From contig JBITNC010000001.1 of NCBI GenBank assembly GCA_050084985.1, positions 28,148,001 to 28,212,000 of the forward strand: a stretch of DNA of 64,000 bases, read 5' to 3'. The translations under genes were made by a program, and so were the position numbers. The DNA comes from Nageia nagi (lineage: Eukaryota > Plantae > Pinophyta). Within the stretch, counting starts at the first letter, position 1, and each line of letters opens with the position of its first letter. The notes under the pieces are model-generated. The model was not told the origin of the DNA. It saw nothing but the letters and a program-made list of their open reading frames with translations, and did no database searches. Below, piece by piece: positions 1-15,000 of the stretch.

Positions 1-44
1 TATCCAGAAAAATTTAAATCAACAGCATTGTCATCCATCTCACC
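1..44 (-). CDS. TIC236: TIC236 coding exon 9 (partial)
   Basis: aaacag|GGT GAG ATG GAT GAC AAT GCT GTT GAT TTA AAT TTT TCT GGA; GEMDDNAVDLNFSG, truncated by the window edge. Confidence 0.9.
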
Positions 45-3000
45 CTGTTTAAAAATCATCATAATTTATAGATCAGTACATGAACATCAAAAATAGAAGC
101 ATATTATCAGGTACAGTTTATTATGTGTGCCACTGCCAATCTTAAAGTGGAAGAACGTCAATAAAACTCAGACCTAGAAAGCCATTTTAAGGATGAAATA
201 AACCTATTTAAAGTTCTTATCTGTGTTTTCAACTGAACATGACAGACACACAATGTCATCTACTGGTGCTAGATTAACTCAAAGGCAAGGCCAGGGTGCA
301 GACGAAAAAGAATGGTTTTTTGGATGGACTTCAAAAACCAATAAAACTTTATGGATTGATCATGGAGGTTGGGCAGCAATTATGCACCAGACATAATTAT
401 AAAGTTTTTATATTTCAGTTTGTTTGAATTACCTATAAAACTATCTCCTAGAAAATTGATTTTCAATAAAAAAATGATAATCATGATCAAGGCTTTGCTT
501 TGATCATATATTGCACACCATTCAGTAATATACATAATACTTGTTCTTGTCATATCAAAAAGAACAAGAATAAACTACTGAATACCTCTTCACAAATCCA
601 AGCATTTCCAGCACCACGTATTTCACCACCATCTACAAGGGTTGCCCGAATGCCATACAAGTCTGCCATCTGCAAATCAGTTGTCAATTGCACACCAATA
701 TCGTGTAAGTTATGTTGTTTCCCTGTCAAATAACATACCGCTTCATACAAAATTAATGAAACTTCAGCTTGAACATTAAACAAACCTTCATCTATTAGCA
801 TTTATTTGAATAAACGAAAATGTCAAGAGTCAATTTTCACAAAAAAATGATAATTTACATGAAACAAATGCATTATACGTCCTACATGGCCCCATTCAAC
901 AGCTTCTGGAGAGACGCATTTTCATAAAGATATTCTGGAAACTCACACAATTATCCGTGTTAAAAGTGAAATTGCCCGATACATATGAAAGTGGCACACG
1001 ATCAAAAGCTGCTACTGCCCCAATATCCTTATTTTGTCTGACCGATTCATATGCAACAGAGATGGGCATATATAAGCAATCATCACTCTTCTTTGAAATT
1101 ACAGCACTGCCTACTAATACAGGAGCATCCAATGGACCTTGACAGTTGAAGACCGCACTCAATGAACCAGCTATCTGCATTTGACAAACATCCAAAGTGA
1201 AATATATGAGAAAATATTATTTTCCTCTAATGTTTATGATACAAGTATATAAAAAGATTAGTGCATGCCTTATTTTGAAAACTACCATGTGGGCCAAGTT
1301 TTCAACATGTGGTAAGATGAATTTACCACGTGGCCAAGTTTTCAACATGTAAGATGAATTTACCACTTTGGCTACCCAAATGCAAGTTACAAGACTTCAA
1401 CTGTACCTATGGTGATAATTCAACGATGGATGCATGCACACATACAATGTGCATCCTTTTATCTTATGGCTGAGGATAAAATGTCCTAAACAATTGTCTC
1501 ATGATTATTTGCAAACTTGACAGCATGTTTAATGCATCGACACCTAAATCACATTAGCCCTTGCAACATATTAATGTTAAAAGTCAACCATTTGTTAGCA
1601 TCCACATAGCAGCGCTACCACAGAGTCGACTAGGAGGGCCAGCAAGACCCCACCAGACCTCACAAACAGAGTGTCCCCATGCTCCGCCCCAAAGAGGCCA
1701 GGGGAGGGTTCAGTTTTTGCCCGCCACAGTGCTTGATATACTTGAACGTACATTTTCTTTTTAGGGTTTCGGCCCCCCTCTTTATACTCACTTTGGTTGT
1801 AATTGCTTATTTTCCTGCTTTGTTTTTTTTATGACAGCCCCTTCTAAGGGCCCCACTTGCTTTTATTTCATGCTTGCACTCTCTAATCCCATTGAGCATT
1901 TTTGGTCACCCACGGACATTAATATATTTTCTTTCTTTCTTGCAACTTTTTCTGTATCCAGGCACTTCTTTTTGAGTCCTACTGACCAAATTTAGTCGCT
2001 CAAGCGAATGAATAGATCTTTCTTTCTTTCTTTCTTTCTCTAAGTCTAGATCATTTTCCTAAAGGACATCACCAACCTCTTGACTAGCCTTTTGTGGTAA
2101 TTGATGATTGTATGCCCTTCATCTGCTTTCAACTCTAACAAAGACCAAATCCATGTTGTCATTGGGACCCTTTCTTTTATATCAGAAAGAATCTTTTGCC
2201 TTGCCCGAGACCTTCTGTTTACAGGATTGCTTTTTGCTATGTGGCCTTACTTTCCTCTATGATAATTCAAACAGTCAATTATCCAGGTCTTGTCTTCCTC
2301 TACATCTCAATAAATTTTCTTTCTTATGCAATTTAGCGGAGCCATAAGGAAATTAAGTAGCAACAATGCAACTGACTGTCAAGAATTAGAAGCGAAATGC
2401 CTCAAATATGATATTGACACACTTGCGCATCTCATCACAAATTTTTTATGACATATTTACTTTGCTGATATTCACAGGAAATATTCATATACTGATTTAT
2501 CTCTTATTTGTTAGGTTGTCTAATTTGGTTCATCTCCATGGAAGATCCAAACTAGTTTGTCTCCGTTAAGAAGTTGATCCACATTTCTAGTGTAAGTATG
2601 AAGAGTGTCTTGGTAGTTAGATCATACTCCCGACATGGAGGTTGTCTCTCTGCCCGTTCGGTTGTCATGTTGCAAATACTTGTAAGCTAAAATCGAAAAG
2701 CATTAAAATTTGTCTTACCTGTAGCACTTTCCTGTAAAAGCGCCACATTCAATAAAGAAGAACCTCTTAAAATGAATTGAATATCTTATGAGAGTGTGTT
2801 AACGTTTCATATCCAAATTTTTTAGGATGTATATACATTAGGTTTATATCAAGGAAACGAGGGGACAAGTCCCCAAGGACGACAAGGGACAGCGACCCAA
2901 TTTTAGGAAACGGGAGGGGGACGGGAAATTTAGAATTAAGAAAAGTAGATACTAGATATAGTTTCTATGATTCATTCATCATTAGCATTCATGATTCATC

Positions 3001-6000
3001 CAGGGACCAATTCAAATATCTAACATACTTTGAAAATGAAAATTTGTAACTGCTAACATACTAACAAGTAGCATGTAACATGATTATAAAATGAAAACCA
3101 GAAATTTGAATCATAAATGATAAATCAAAATGAGACATAACTATAGTTTAATAATCGTAGTCCATAATCATAATGCCATTAAATTTGAATATGCTAAGGC
3201 CCAAAAACAGTCTTTGATATGAATATGTCAAATAAATCAAAAAAAGACAAAATGTCAAAATAACAAATAAATGTAAACAACAAAGTGATTGCAATGTGAA
3301 TATAAAGGCATGTTTTTAAGGTTGGATGGGTGGCGACCCTTGAGGGACCCACCCCCCAAGGTTTATCAAAAATAAATAAAAAATAAAAGTTGAGATTTTT
3401 TTGTTTAGTGTGCAACATTGGCCAAAAGGGGGGACGGCAAGCTGTCTTCGGGGACGGTTTCCCATCCCCCGGTTGTCCCCATTGGCAAATTTTAAAAGGA
3501 AACATCCCCAGGGCTTGGGAAATCATCTTGGGGACGTTCCCTTTGTACGCCCTAAAAAGGGGATGGTGGAAAAACATCCTTGAGGCATCCCCTAGTTTCA
3601 AGGGTGTGAAGGACGAGAAAACATGAACAAAAACATAGGGGACACATCCCCTGACAACCTTGGTTTATATACATCACATGCCTAATCTTTGAGATGAGTC
3701 ATAATCCCAACATTGAATCAAAAAAATAGAAACTTGCTCTGCTATACAATTTATGCCCATGTCCTTAAACATTGATTGCAAGTTTGGATCCAACGTTATA
3801 TGAGTTGGCCTACTTGTTGTGCCCACACAACACACCCCAAAATACAAGATTCTGCAACCCTATTTTTTGTAAAGACAATGAAGTGCATTACGTTGAGGTT
3901 GGCTTTTGGCAATAGATAGTTCATTCTAAAGAGTGCAAACACAATATAGGGAGCGATTCATGGCAACTACTTGTTGAAGCACATGAAGAGTATCAGAGCA
4001 TCCATTCACCAGTTTTGCAGCAAAGGAGCCAAGATCATAACGACTTCACTAGGAAATAGGATTTTGGATCCCAAATGAGGCCAATGGAGATGGGGTCATC
4101 TTTCAAAGTTTGACAGAGTAGAAATTTGAAGGCACTAGACTGTGAAGGGCGAGAACTCAAGCAGTTTTAAGCTTGGAATTTTTATAATCTGCCCAAAGAT
4201 GCAAAAGTTATTCAAAATAGGGGCTTTTGAAGGTTATTTCTTATAAACCACATAATCACAATGCACTTGAGGTTGGCTTTTGGCAATAGATAGTTCATTC
4301 TGAAGAGTGCAAACACAATATAGGGAGAGATTCATGGCAATTACTTGTTGAAGACCATGAAGAGTATCAGAGCATCCATTCACCAGTTTTGCAGCAACGG
4401 AGCCAAGATCAGAATGACTTCACTAGGAATAGGATTTTGGATCCCAAATGAGGCCAATGGAGATGGGGTCATCTTACAAAGTTTGACAAAGTGGAAATTT
4501 GAAGGCACTAGACTGTGAAGGGCAAGAACTCAAGCAATTTTAAGCTTGGAATTTTTATAATCTGCCCAAAGATGCAAAAGTTATTCAAAAGAGGGGCTTT
4601 TGAAGGTTATTTCTTATAAAACACAAAATCACCATACAAAATGGATAGAAAAGAGAAAAATCCACGAATCTTGATGAAAAAGTTTGAAACTTTTTTTAAG
4701 GCATGCATGGATGAAGGATGCAAAAATGGATGAAAAAAGTTACAAATCACCTCCAAAACTTCCGCCTAGGCTAGAGATACACAATTTTGACCCAAAAACA
4801 AATTTTGATCACTTGATTAAAGGAGAAACGCCATTTCAAATATATTTCAAGTTCAAAAAATTTCAAAACAAGCAAGTTTTGGGCTTCAAAATGCTAGACG
4901 TGGGTATTAAGGGTGACCTATGGAGAGAGAAAACTTAGAAAGCACCTTCAAAACTATCGCCTAGGCTGAAGGAGTGCATTTTTGAGCTAAAAACGAAATT
5001 TGATCATTTGATTGAAAAGAAAATCACATTTGGCACACATTTCTACTTCTAAATATTGCCAAAAACTGAAATTTTATGCTTCAAAAGGCTAGGCATGGGT
5101 TTTGGGAGGCATTCCATGAAAAATTTTCGAAAGTCATCTAAAAGTTGCGTAAAAATGAAATTATTATTTATTAAATAATTCATTTTATAGCATCAAGGCA
5201 TATGTATTGTAAACAGGGTTAGAAATATACCCAAGGCAATGTAATCAATGTTGAACCATCGTGTAATGTAAGAGATGTCAAATATATACAAAGACACCTT
5301 AAACAATGTAAAAGGCAATGATCTCAAGAATCAAAGAGGATCAAAACGTTGCTATAAAAGAATATTAAAGGCAACATAAATGATATCAATGAATATCAAG
5401 ACAAAGAAATCAGAACATGCAATATCATTTCTTCCCGACCAACAATAGTGTTTTGTAACACCACCTCTGCATAGATCTGTTAAACCCTTCGTTCTGCATC
5501 ACATATCTTTATTTTTGTTTGTGGATCTTCATCTTTCACGCAGCTAACAACGTGCTCTTGGGCCGTTGCGGCATTTGCTTCTTATAGTATATTATCGCAA
5601 TTAATGTCTGATCTCTGTTATTTGATTTGGATGCAAGTTGGACTAAGGTACCTCAATTATCATGTTCATTTATTGACATATTTTTTATATGTGCTTCAAT
5701 ATTTCATTGTAGACAAATATTGCATCCATTTATTATTCATGCATTATTTGAAGTCTACATTTCGGTGAACCCGACTATTTTGATTAATCTTGCCCTACCG
5801 GCGAGATCTCGCGAGATTTCTGTCAAAGATTAACACTATTAGTGACGTGCATAGATTGTTTTTAGGTTGTCAACGACGTGAAAAATGGAACAAACCCTAG
5901 CGCAGTTGGCTAAAACAGTGCAAGATCTAGCCAAGCAAGTGGCTCCAATGCAAAGTTCAGGAAGTAATTTGCAGTCAACTATAGATCGAACCCTAGCATA

Positions 6001-9000
6001 GTTAGTTAAATCGATAAGTGATCTACAGAAGCAAATAGATGCACTGCAAAGTTTGAATACCATCCACAATTGTTCCCCACCACCCGATTACATGATCCCC
6101 AAGCATAATGTCGAAGAGCAAGTAACCACTATAATGGGTAATTCCTTTCCATATCCTTTTGTGCATAAAGATGATGATAGTGATGAGGATTTGTGGTCTA
6201 ATGATACTAAACCTATTAAGTTTGATGAGGATTTATAGATTGATGATACTATACCAATTAAATTTGATTTCTCTAATGATGATGATATCTTAGAACACAC
6301 GGGGGCATATTTAGAATTGTCTAAGTCAAATGAAAACATGAAGGCGGATTATGTCCTTAGTGGATATGAAAATTTTGATCAGGAATTGAAAGTTGATGAA
6401 GTGTTTCAAGAAGATGAGAAGCAAATGTGATTTCAGATTTTAATGGATTACTAGTTATTACGCCTACTAGAGGCATAAGACTTGATTGTACATTGCTACA
6501 TGGTGATATGAGGGTAGGTAGCATAGATGGTTTAATCGACGACTTTTCCGAATATATGCCGAATTCTACGAATATGACTTTCCGATTTTTCCCCCAAAAA
6601 TCGGCAAAATCTAGCAAAAATTCATGTAAGTCAAGTAAAAATCATGAAAATCAAGGTTCCAATCTAAAATCGCAAAGTTCGACAAAGTCAACAAATATTC
6701 GTGGAGAAATTCGGCATAAATTCGATGGATTCATCGCGAAATCGCAAGGGGGTATTTTTTAGTCATAGGAGCCAATTTTTAAGTCACATGAGCTGAATAA
6801 ACTGTTTTTTCACTTACTTCGACGCTTATCCGATGAATATCCGACTACTAATCGGAGTAGAGACCAAGAATTCGTTGCAAGACAGAGGCAGCGTTGAAAC
6901 AAAAGGAGAAAATGCCCAATTCAAATTTCTATTTTTCATTTGTGTTGTGCAAGTCTGGGAAAGAGATATTGTGAAGCTAGAGGAGGGTTTAGTGCAAGCA
7001 AAGAGGTTGATTTCCTGATTTGGAGGCTGCATTTGTCCATCCACCGTGATCATTTGTGAGTTTGTCCATTGCAGGAGAATATTCTTGTTGTTGTGTTCCA
7101 AATTATTCTCATTTTCAAAAATGCCAAGGGTGTTGGACAAACTTTGGCAGTATGTAACACCTTTGAGGGTGTTATTGGCAGTTCAACAAAAAACAAATGC
7201 AACCTTTGTGGTAAGGAGTTTGTTGGAGCTATTACATTAACACTCTTATTGCTAAGCTTCCAAACAAAGATGTGGATCCTTGCCCAAATTCATCTCCAGA
7301 TCTTGCCCTAGAGGCAGCAAGAGCCTTGAATTTTGTTGGAGAAAAGAAGACTAAGAAGCAAGCATTTCAAGTACAACTAGCAGTAGGGTTAGGAAGCTCT
7401 TCCACAAGTATTGCAAGTGGAAGTGCATCTCGACCTAGTTCCTATGGAATAGAAATCTCTTCTTACTTTGAACCACGGACAACTTCTGGAGCCCAACCAT
7501 CTATTACTAGTCTTTTAAAGAAGAATGAGAAGAAACATGCAAACTTGATGATTGCCGAATTGATTTACTATGAAGGATGTGCGATCACCATAACCGACAA
7601 CCCTTTTTGGCAACCAGCATTCGATGTAGCTTGTGCGGTTGGGCCTAGGTACAAGGCACCCACTCTTGTAGAAATAAAAGGGCCTCTTATACAGGATCTC
7701 AAGCAAAAATGCACGGATAGGCATATTGAAGTTGAACTTTTATTATTATATTTAAAAAATAAAACAAATTTACTTGTAGTTTTAATTTTTTTTTACTTAT
7801 AGTTTTTTAGTTAGAATTTAAAATTTAGTTGTTTTGTAACATTTCAGATTGGCTGACATTAAAGAGTCTTGGAAGAGAACAGGTTGCACCATAATATCTA
7901 ACGGGTGGACAAATAGAAAGGGTAGAACCCTTATTAATTTTCCAGTGTATTCCAAACAAGGCACAATATTCATGAAATCTGTTGATGCATCCGCATAGTC
8001 AAAGGATCACATTTTGCTATGTGACCTATTAGATCAATTTGTGCAGAAGGTGGGGGTGGAGAACATTGTTCAATTGGTCATGGACAACGCTGCTAACTAT
8101 CTTTTAATAGGAAAGAAGCTTATGGAAAGGTATCCCTCCATAGTCTGGACTCTATGTGCTTGCCATTGCATTGATCTTCTTTGGAGGACATAGGGAAATT
8201 GGATTGGGTGAAGGAGGTGTATGAAGGAGCAAGGTCAATCACCAAGTTCATCTATAATCATTCCACCATACTTAACATGATGAGGGGATTCACCAACAAA
8301 GAGTTGGCACGCCCAAGAGTAACACGATTTGCCTCCCATTTCATCTTTCTTCAATCATTGCAGAGGTGCATGCATGAGCTTTGGGCCATGTTTATATCTA
8401 GAGAGTGGAATGCTTCCCCTATGAGCAAGAGGCCAGAGGGCATGGCGGTGGCTTCTTTGATAGGCAAGCAGGTATTTTGGGATAGGCTAAAAGAAATTTG
8501 TGCAATGACTGAACCAATTGAGTCCTCCGCTTACTAGATGGAGATAGGCCTATAATGGGTTACCAATATGAGGGTATGGATAGGGCCAAGGAGGCCATCA
8601 AGAGATATTACGAGGAGCATCCAGATGAGAATAATGAGTTTGGTGACAAGTACACCATCTTTTGGCATCTCATTGATGCACGATGGCACAACATGCTCCA
8701 TTGCGATATTCATGGAGCAAGGGCCATCTTGAACCCTTCCTTACTATTTGCACTAGGTTCCAATTACATTATTGATCAAGAGGCTAACATGGGGGTAATA
8801 AAATGCATATCCACCTTGGTGATTGATCCCATCATTCGTGCTCGAGTCTTGATGGACCTTGAGAAATACAAGAACTCATTAGGCTTCTTTGGTTATGGTG
8901 TTGCTAAAGAGTCACAGTTTTTGCTCTCTCCATGTGAGAAAAGTTCAAAATTGTTCGTATCATAATTATTTTAACTTTTTATAGAATATAGTTGATATTT

Positions 9001-12000
9001 GAAAACGTTATAAGTTTATACATTTAGAATTAAGCTTTTATCAATTTAAATTTTAATGTTTTATGGTTTGATTTGTATTTTAGAAATGTGGTGGACACAT
9101 TTTGGAGGTGAGACACCGAATTGCAAAGACTAGCCATCTGCATCCTCAATCAAACATGTAGTGCTTCAAGATGCGAGCGCAATTACAGTGCCCAAGATAC
9201 GCAATAGGTTAGCAATTTGATTCATTTCAGCTTTAAGGATTCAATGGAAACTTCCTAAGTTCCTAGTTCTAACTTCTTAGTTCTTAGTTGTCATTTCTAA
9301 ATTCTCACTATGGCAAAATTTGTTCAATGTTAATAGGATAATGCAACGATTACATGACACTGTGTATGTCTATGTCAACTTGCGATTATACGTGAAGCAG
9401 TTAGAGTATAAGGATAACCGTGGTCATAAACCCATAAACTTGTCTACCATTGATCCGACATTTGGTGATGCACCTTCATGCAACGTGGAGGAAGTGCAAG
9501 AGGACCCAGTAAACCGAGAGTTTCAAGCAACATGGATTGACATGGAGGAGGATATTGATAGAATGGTAGACATGGGTGTGGACTTGGACCAGGATGAGGA
9601 GGTGCAGGAGGAGGAGGATGTATTTGGTGATGTTTTGCACTTCAAGGATCCATTACCTCCTGTGGACTTTGGTGTTGGACCTTTGGAGCAGATTCATCCT
9701 AACGATGAGACTTTTCTAGCAGATGATAGTCTGAATCAGCCCCTTTCGTACGCGAGGCTAAGGCCCAGGATATGTAGGATTGCTTTTGGATTGGCACCTC
9801 AGGCTCGTTATGCTCAACCTTCTAGTAGAGCACACTCTCCTAGTATACCTACTAGTTGAGCACATGGTTGTGGTACTGGTAGTGGGGCTATTTGAGAAAT
9901 AAGAGGGATAGATGATTAGATCTTCACATTGATGCCTTTTCAATTCGCTTTCAGCACTATTAGACGTTAGTGTTTACTATTTAGTGATTTACCTATTTAG
10001 TATTTTTTTGTATTGGTTGCTAGTTGGCACTTCAGCACTTATGTTGACATTTTGAGACATTAGACTTATGAGTTATGTTGTTTTATTTCACATATTTTCA
10101 TATATTATGGTTTATAAATATGATATTGTGGATTTTGATATGCAATCATTTTCTTTAAATTTATGAGAAGAATGTGTTGTTGGATGATATGGCCCATGTG
10201 GGAATAATGTATGGCAATTACATAAGCATATTATATTTTTTTAAATAAAAAAATTTACATTTTTTCTATTTTTAATGTAACACGAATTTTTCTCGAATTT
10301 GTCGTATCTTTTCCGAATTTTTTCCAACTTTTTACAATTATGCAGTTTTATATTGCAAGAATTTTTCCCGGATTTGTTGTACTTTTTGCGAATATTCCCC
10401 AAATTTTAAAATTCTACCCTAGCCGACTTTGTCCTGAATCCAAATAAACCAACTATGGTAGGTAGTAGAGCTAGTCATGACAAATTGTCTCTCATGGATT
10501 GATTTTCGAGATATAGTCAGAATTTAATTCTAATGGATTTTGGGAAAGAAGCATATTTCTCCCTATTAGCTACATTATTTGCCTTGGGGCAATGTTACTG
10601 CAAATATTTGATATCAATGTAGTCAAACAAAAGTTTGTAAAAGGATAGGAAATTACAAGTTCAATAGAAAAATTCCCTCAAAATGGTAATACAATGGTAC
10701 ACGAAGAATTTCCGAATGAATCTGATAAGGATTCACGTTGTCAATGGCGTGCAATATTGTCTAAACGCAGACAACAACGTGATGGTGGATAGATGGCATA
10801 CAAAATGTAAAAAAAAATGGAAAAAAAAAGGATAGCATGATGTTTGCGAACAATGGACATAAAAATGCTAGGTCACCGATGACCATCGATACAGCTAGTG
10901 AGAGTTCACTCACTTAAAAAATAAGTCGGCAATGCAACCGTAAGTAGATTTCTAATATTGACTCATCATCAATGGATGACGCGACTCACTGTTCATCCAA
11001 GATATTTTCATGCAGGGTATATCTAACACTTTTTGCAGGTACCTACATAAAAAGAAAGGAAGGAAAATGAAGTAAAATTAATATTGTTAACAGCGTTCCA
11101 TACTGTTTACATGCCATCAACGACATTCACATCAATAAACCTAGAGTTGAAATCAAAGGACCACTTTTGTATCAAGGCATAGACGTGAGAGCATTAGATT
11201 CTTCGGTATCAGAAACGAAGGGACGACCAGATCCATGGTTGAAGAATGTAAGGGGCAAAAGGATGAAGTTCTTCAGGTTTTGTTTAGGTTGCAACATTCA
11301 AGGAGCTTTCCTGGAAAACCAAGCCAAAAAGTGGGTAGCAAAGGACCCCATCATCATCATCAAATGTCAATGTTGGATGGAGATTTCAAAAAAAAAAATA
11401 TTCTACACTTCTTCTTTGGATATGTAATTTCATTTTTTCAATCATACCTCCAAAGAGGGGCAAAATGTAGAAGCCTAAAAATGAAATTATTATTTCTTAA
11501 ATAATTAATTTTACAGCATCAAGGCATATGTATTGTAAAAAGGGTTAGAAATATACCCAAGGCAATGTAATCAATGTAATGGACCCTCGTGTAATGTAAG
11601 AGGTGTCAAATATCAAAAGAGACACCTTAAACAATGTAAAAGGCAATGATCCCAAGAATCAAAGAGGATCAAAACATTGCCATAAAAGAATATCAAAGGC
11701 AACATAAATGATATTGACGAGTATCAAGAGAAAGAGATCAGAACATGCAATATCATTTCTACCTGACCAACAATGATGTTTTGTAACACCACCTCTGCAT
11801 AGATCTGTTTAATACTTCGTTCTACTTCACATATCTTTATTTTTGTTCGTGTATCTACATCTTTCACACAGCTAATGGCGTGCTCTTGGGCTGTTGGTGG
11901 CATTTGCTTAGTATGGTATATTATTGCAATTAATGTATGATCTCAGTTATTTCATTTGGATGCGAGTTGGACGAAGGTACCTCATTTATCATGTTCGTTT

Positions 12001-15000
12001 ATTGACATATTTCTGATATATGCTTCAATATTACATTGTAGATAAATAGTATGTCGATTTATTATTCATGCATTATTTGAAATCTACACACTTCTTTATG
12101 CGGACTAGGGCTGTACTCTAGATTTTCAGGAAGAGCAAAGGGCTGTATTCTTGGGCCAACCTTGCACACAAGGTTGGTAATCTTGTTTCTTGGTTGAGAG
12201 TAAGTGAACTCATTTCAGGGTTCACCTTTGGGCATCACTGTTTAGATTCAGATTTCAGTGAGGGTTTCTAGTGATTATAATTGCAAATTTCAGACTTCAT
12301 CATCTAGAGGAGTGAGCATCTATTGTTTAAAGCATATTGTGGTGTTATTTCTGGAGATTGTGGTGTGATCTGCTTCCTAGAGGAGGACTCCAACCTAGGG
12401 CTTTTTTATTGTGCATTGTGGAGGTTGTTTTGTGTTGTTTGATGGCTGATCTACTCATTGCTACTTTCAGATATTTTCAATAAAATTTGTATGGCTAGAC
12501 CAATGTGATTTTGTAGGATTTGGTGCAATTTTCTGGGTTAATTTGTAGATCAAATTTTTAATTGCATAGACCAAAAATTTTATTGAAAAAAATTTATATT
12601 ATTCTTACCTAGGGTTTGTAAATTTTAATTTGGGAATATTACATGATAACTTCCAGACTGAAGGGAAAAGTTCAGACTAAAAACTAGGCCATGATTTGAA
12701 TGGATCAATCTGAGAGTCACTAAACGTTTAGAGAACTGCTACATTGATCATTTATCAAGCAGAGAAAAAAAATCATATCAAACAGGAAAACAGATCACAA
12801 CAATAATCTAGGTAGCAATGACAAACTTGGAGGACTCGATATGCAAAATAAGCCACATAAAGTCGGTGGTAAAAAGACTAGACCAGAAGCACATAAGAAA
12901 ATATGGTTAAAACTTAAAAGCAAACACACATTGTTTGGAAGAACATTTGGAATTATTCAAAAATTAAAAAGGAGGAAACTTAAAAACATAGAAAAGCTGA
13001 AATACACATCATTTAGCATCTTATACTTACAGGATATACTGGAGGCCTTGCATTCAAAGCCCTCATAAGAGCATTCACTTCGACATTTGGGACCTGTAAT
13101 CAAAAGTTGGAAAAAGAATTTTTTACAAAAGATGGCAGACATTCAGAATAGTCTGATAGAAATTATACGTGCATTGTTCTTCACTAATTTTTGTGTTTAA
13201 TATTAATCCAATATATTTTATTTTCCAAAATCCAAGCTTTCATTCATAAGAAAGATTTAACTCAAACTGATCTCCTAGAGTTCGATAACATGTTGCATTA
13301 AAGTTTGAATACTATCTTATACGAAAATATAAAGTAGTTTACAACTCCTTCCAGTTTTATGTGGATGCCACTTCTCAAGTCTCTTCCTACTTTTGAGACA
13401 AGCAAGAAATAAGTCAATCTTGCTTCTTCACAAAACGCTTGTTAACTGATTGTTGGACCATCATTATATAAAATTAATTGTGGAAGATTGAAGATGATAA
13501 ATATTGAAGGCAAAGATCTATTGCTTCTATGCAAAAAAGAAAACAATTAGACATAGAATGACTTCAAACTTCTGCCTGTTTAATATGAAAATCAAATCAA
13601 GTTCGTTTTACTTTATTAATAGTAAGGACTAAAGTACATTCTTCGCAATTTATATAAAGTAAAAAGATTAAAAAACCAACTGAAAGTATAGGTACGAAGA
13701 GCTCCATCAAACAGCCCTGCCCATTATGCCTGCTACATTTCAGAGACATTCACACACCATTGTCAACTGAATCATACAAAAAAAGCGTGTGACTCAAAAG
13801 ACATTATCATTTATCAGTTATGAGAGCAATGCTTTTTATTCATGTGTGAATATATTATATAATTTCACATATATGCCACATGATCTTCAAATAAATTTTC
13901 CATAATCAATAGGGAACAGAACATGCAATAGTGAATCACAAAACAGATTCAAAGCAAAAGCATGAAAAATTCAATCAACAATAGATGGGCAATACTTTAG
14001 ATTTCAAGAACCAAGTGATCATTCATGTGGATCCAATTCAACACATTTCTCTGCAAGGCCAAGGTCCATCGGTTGAGCCTGACCCAGGCCCTTGTAGTTG
14101 CAGCCAGCTTAAGATCTTTTTTTTAAATTCGTTTTTATTTAAATTTGAAATGTATAGCCATTTTAAGTTAAGACAACAGAACTGATAATAGAATAAAAGA
14201 AACAATAATCAGAAACAACACATGAGATTAAAAAGGAAAACTTTGATGTATGCAAAGAAAAACCATAGGGCAAATGGCAGCTTTGATCTTTATTAATCTT
14301 CAACTTTCGTGCTATACAAAGATAAGGGGTCATTCCTCTTTTATAAAATAATAGGAAGATTCCATAAAACCATGGTACATGCAAACCATACTTAATAATA
14401 GCACCCTCTATCTAAAGATAACAACTAAAAATAGCATTGTACGGTTGTACAGATGAAAATTTTGCCTGGCACATGTGAAAGAGGATTGTCAAGGGGATGC
14501 ACCACTGTATTACCACACCCATGCAACAACATGCATCACCATGCGAGGAACGTTGGAGATTTGGATATTGATTTCACCTCCTAATATTTTATTATTAAAT
14601 TTTTTAATATTCATTTTTATTCAAATTTAAAATTTATACTTTCGTATTATTAATTTTTCAATTCATTTTTATTCAAATTTAAAATTTATACTTTTTTATT
14701 ATTACTTTTTTAATTCTTTTTATTATTAATTTTTTAATTCATCTTTATTAAAATTTCAAAAAATGTATAATTTTTTATTATTAAATACATTGTTTTCAAA
14801 AATTATAAGTATTAATCTAATTTTTTAAATAATAAATATTTTAATTAATTTTTTATATAAAAAATAATATTATTATTTTTATTGAAAAAATTGTTTATCT
14901 TCAAAATGTTAATGTCATATATTTATTATTAAGAAAATCTTTATTAAATGAATTTAGATATATAATTTTACAAAAATATGGATTTTTATTTATTTTTTTA

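Larger units (their letters stand above)
5147..12088 (+). mobile_element. Non-autonomous LTR retroelement (LARD-like) with tRNA-Trp PBS, interrupted by a hAT
   Basis: Direct repeats ~5147-5759 and 11466-12088 (TGTAG...CTACA). PBS cggtgaacccgac at 5763-5775 matches the plant tRNA-Trp 3' end. PPT aaagaggggcaaaa before 11466. No gag/pol motifs seen. Confidence 0.85.

Noticed and set aside
1620-1960. GC-rich patch resembling a SINE
   Set aside because: No A/B boxes, tail or TSD could be identified.
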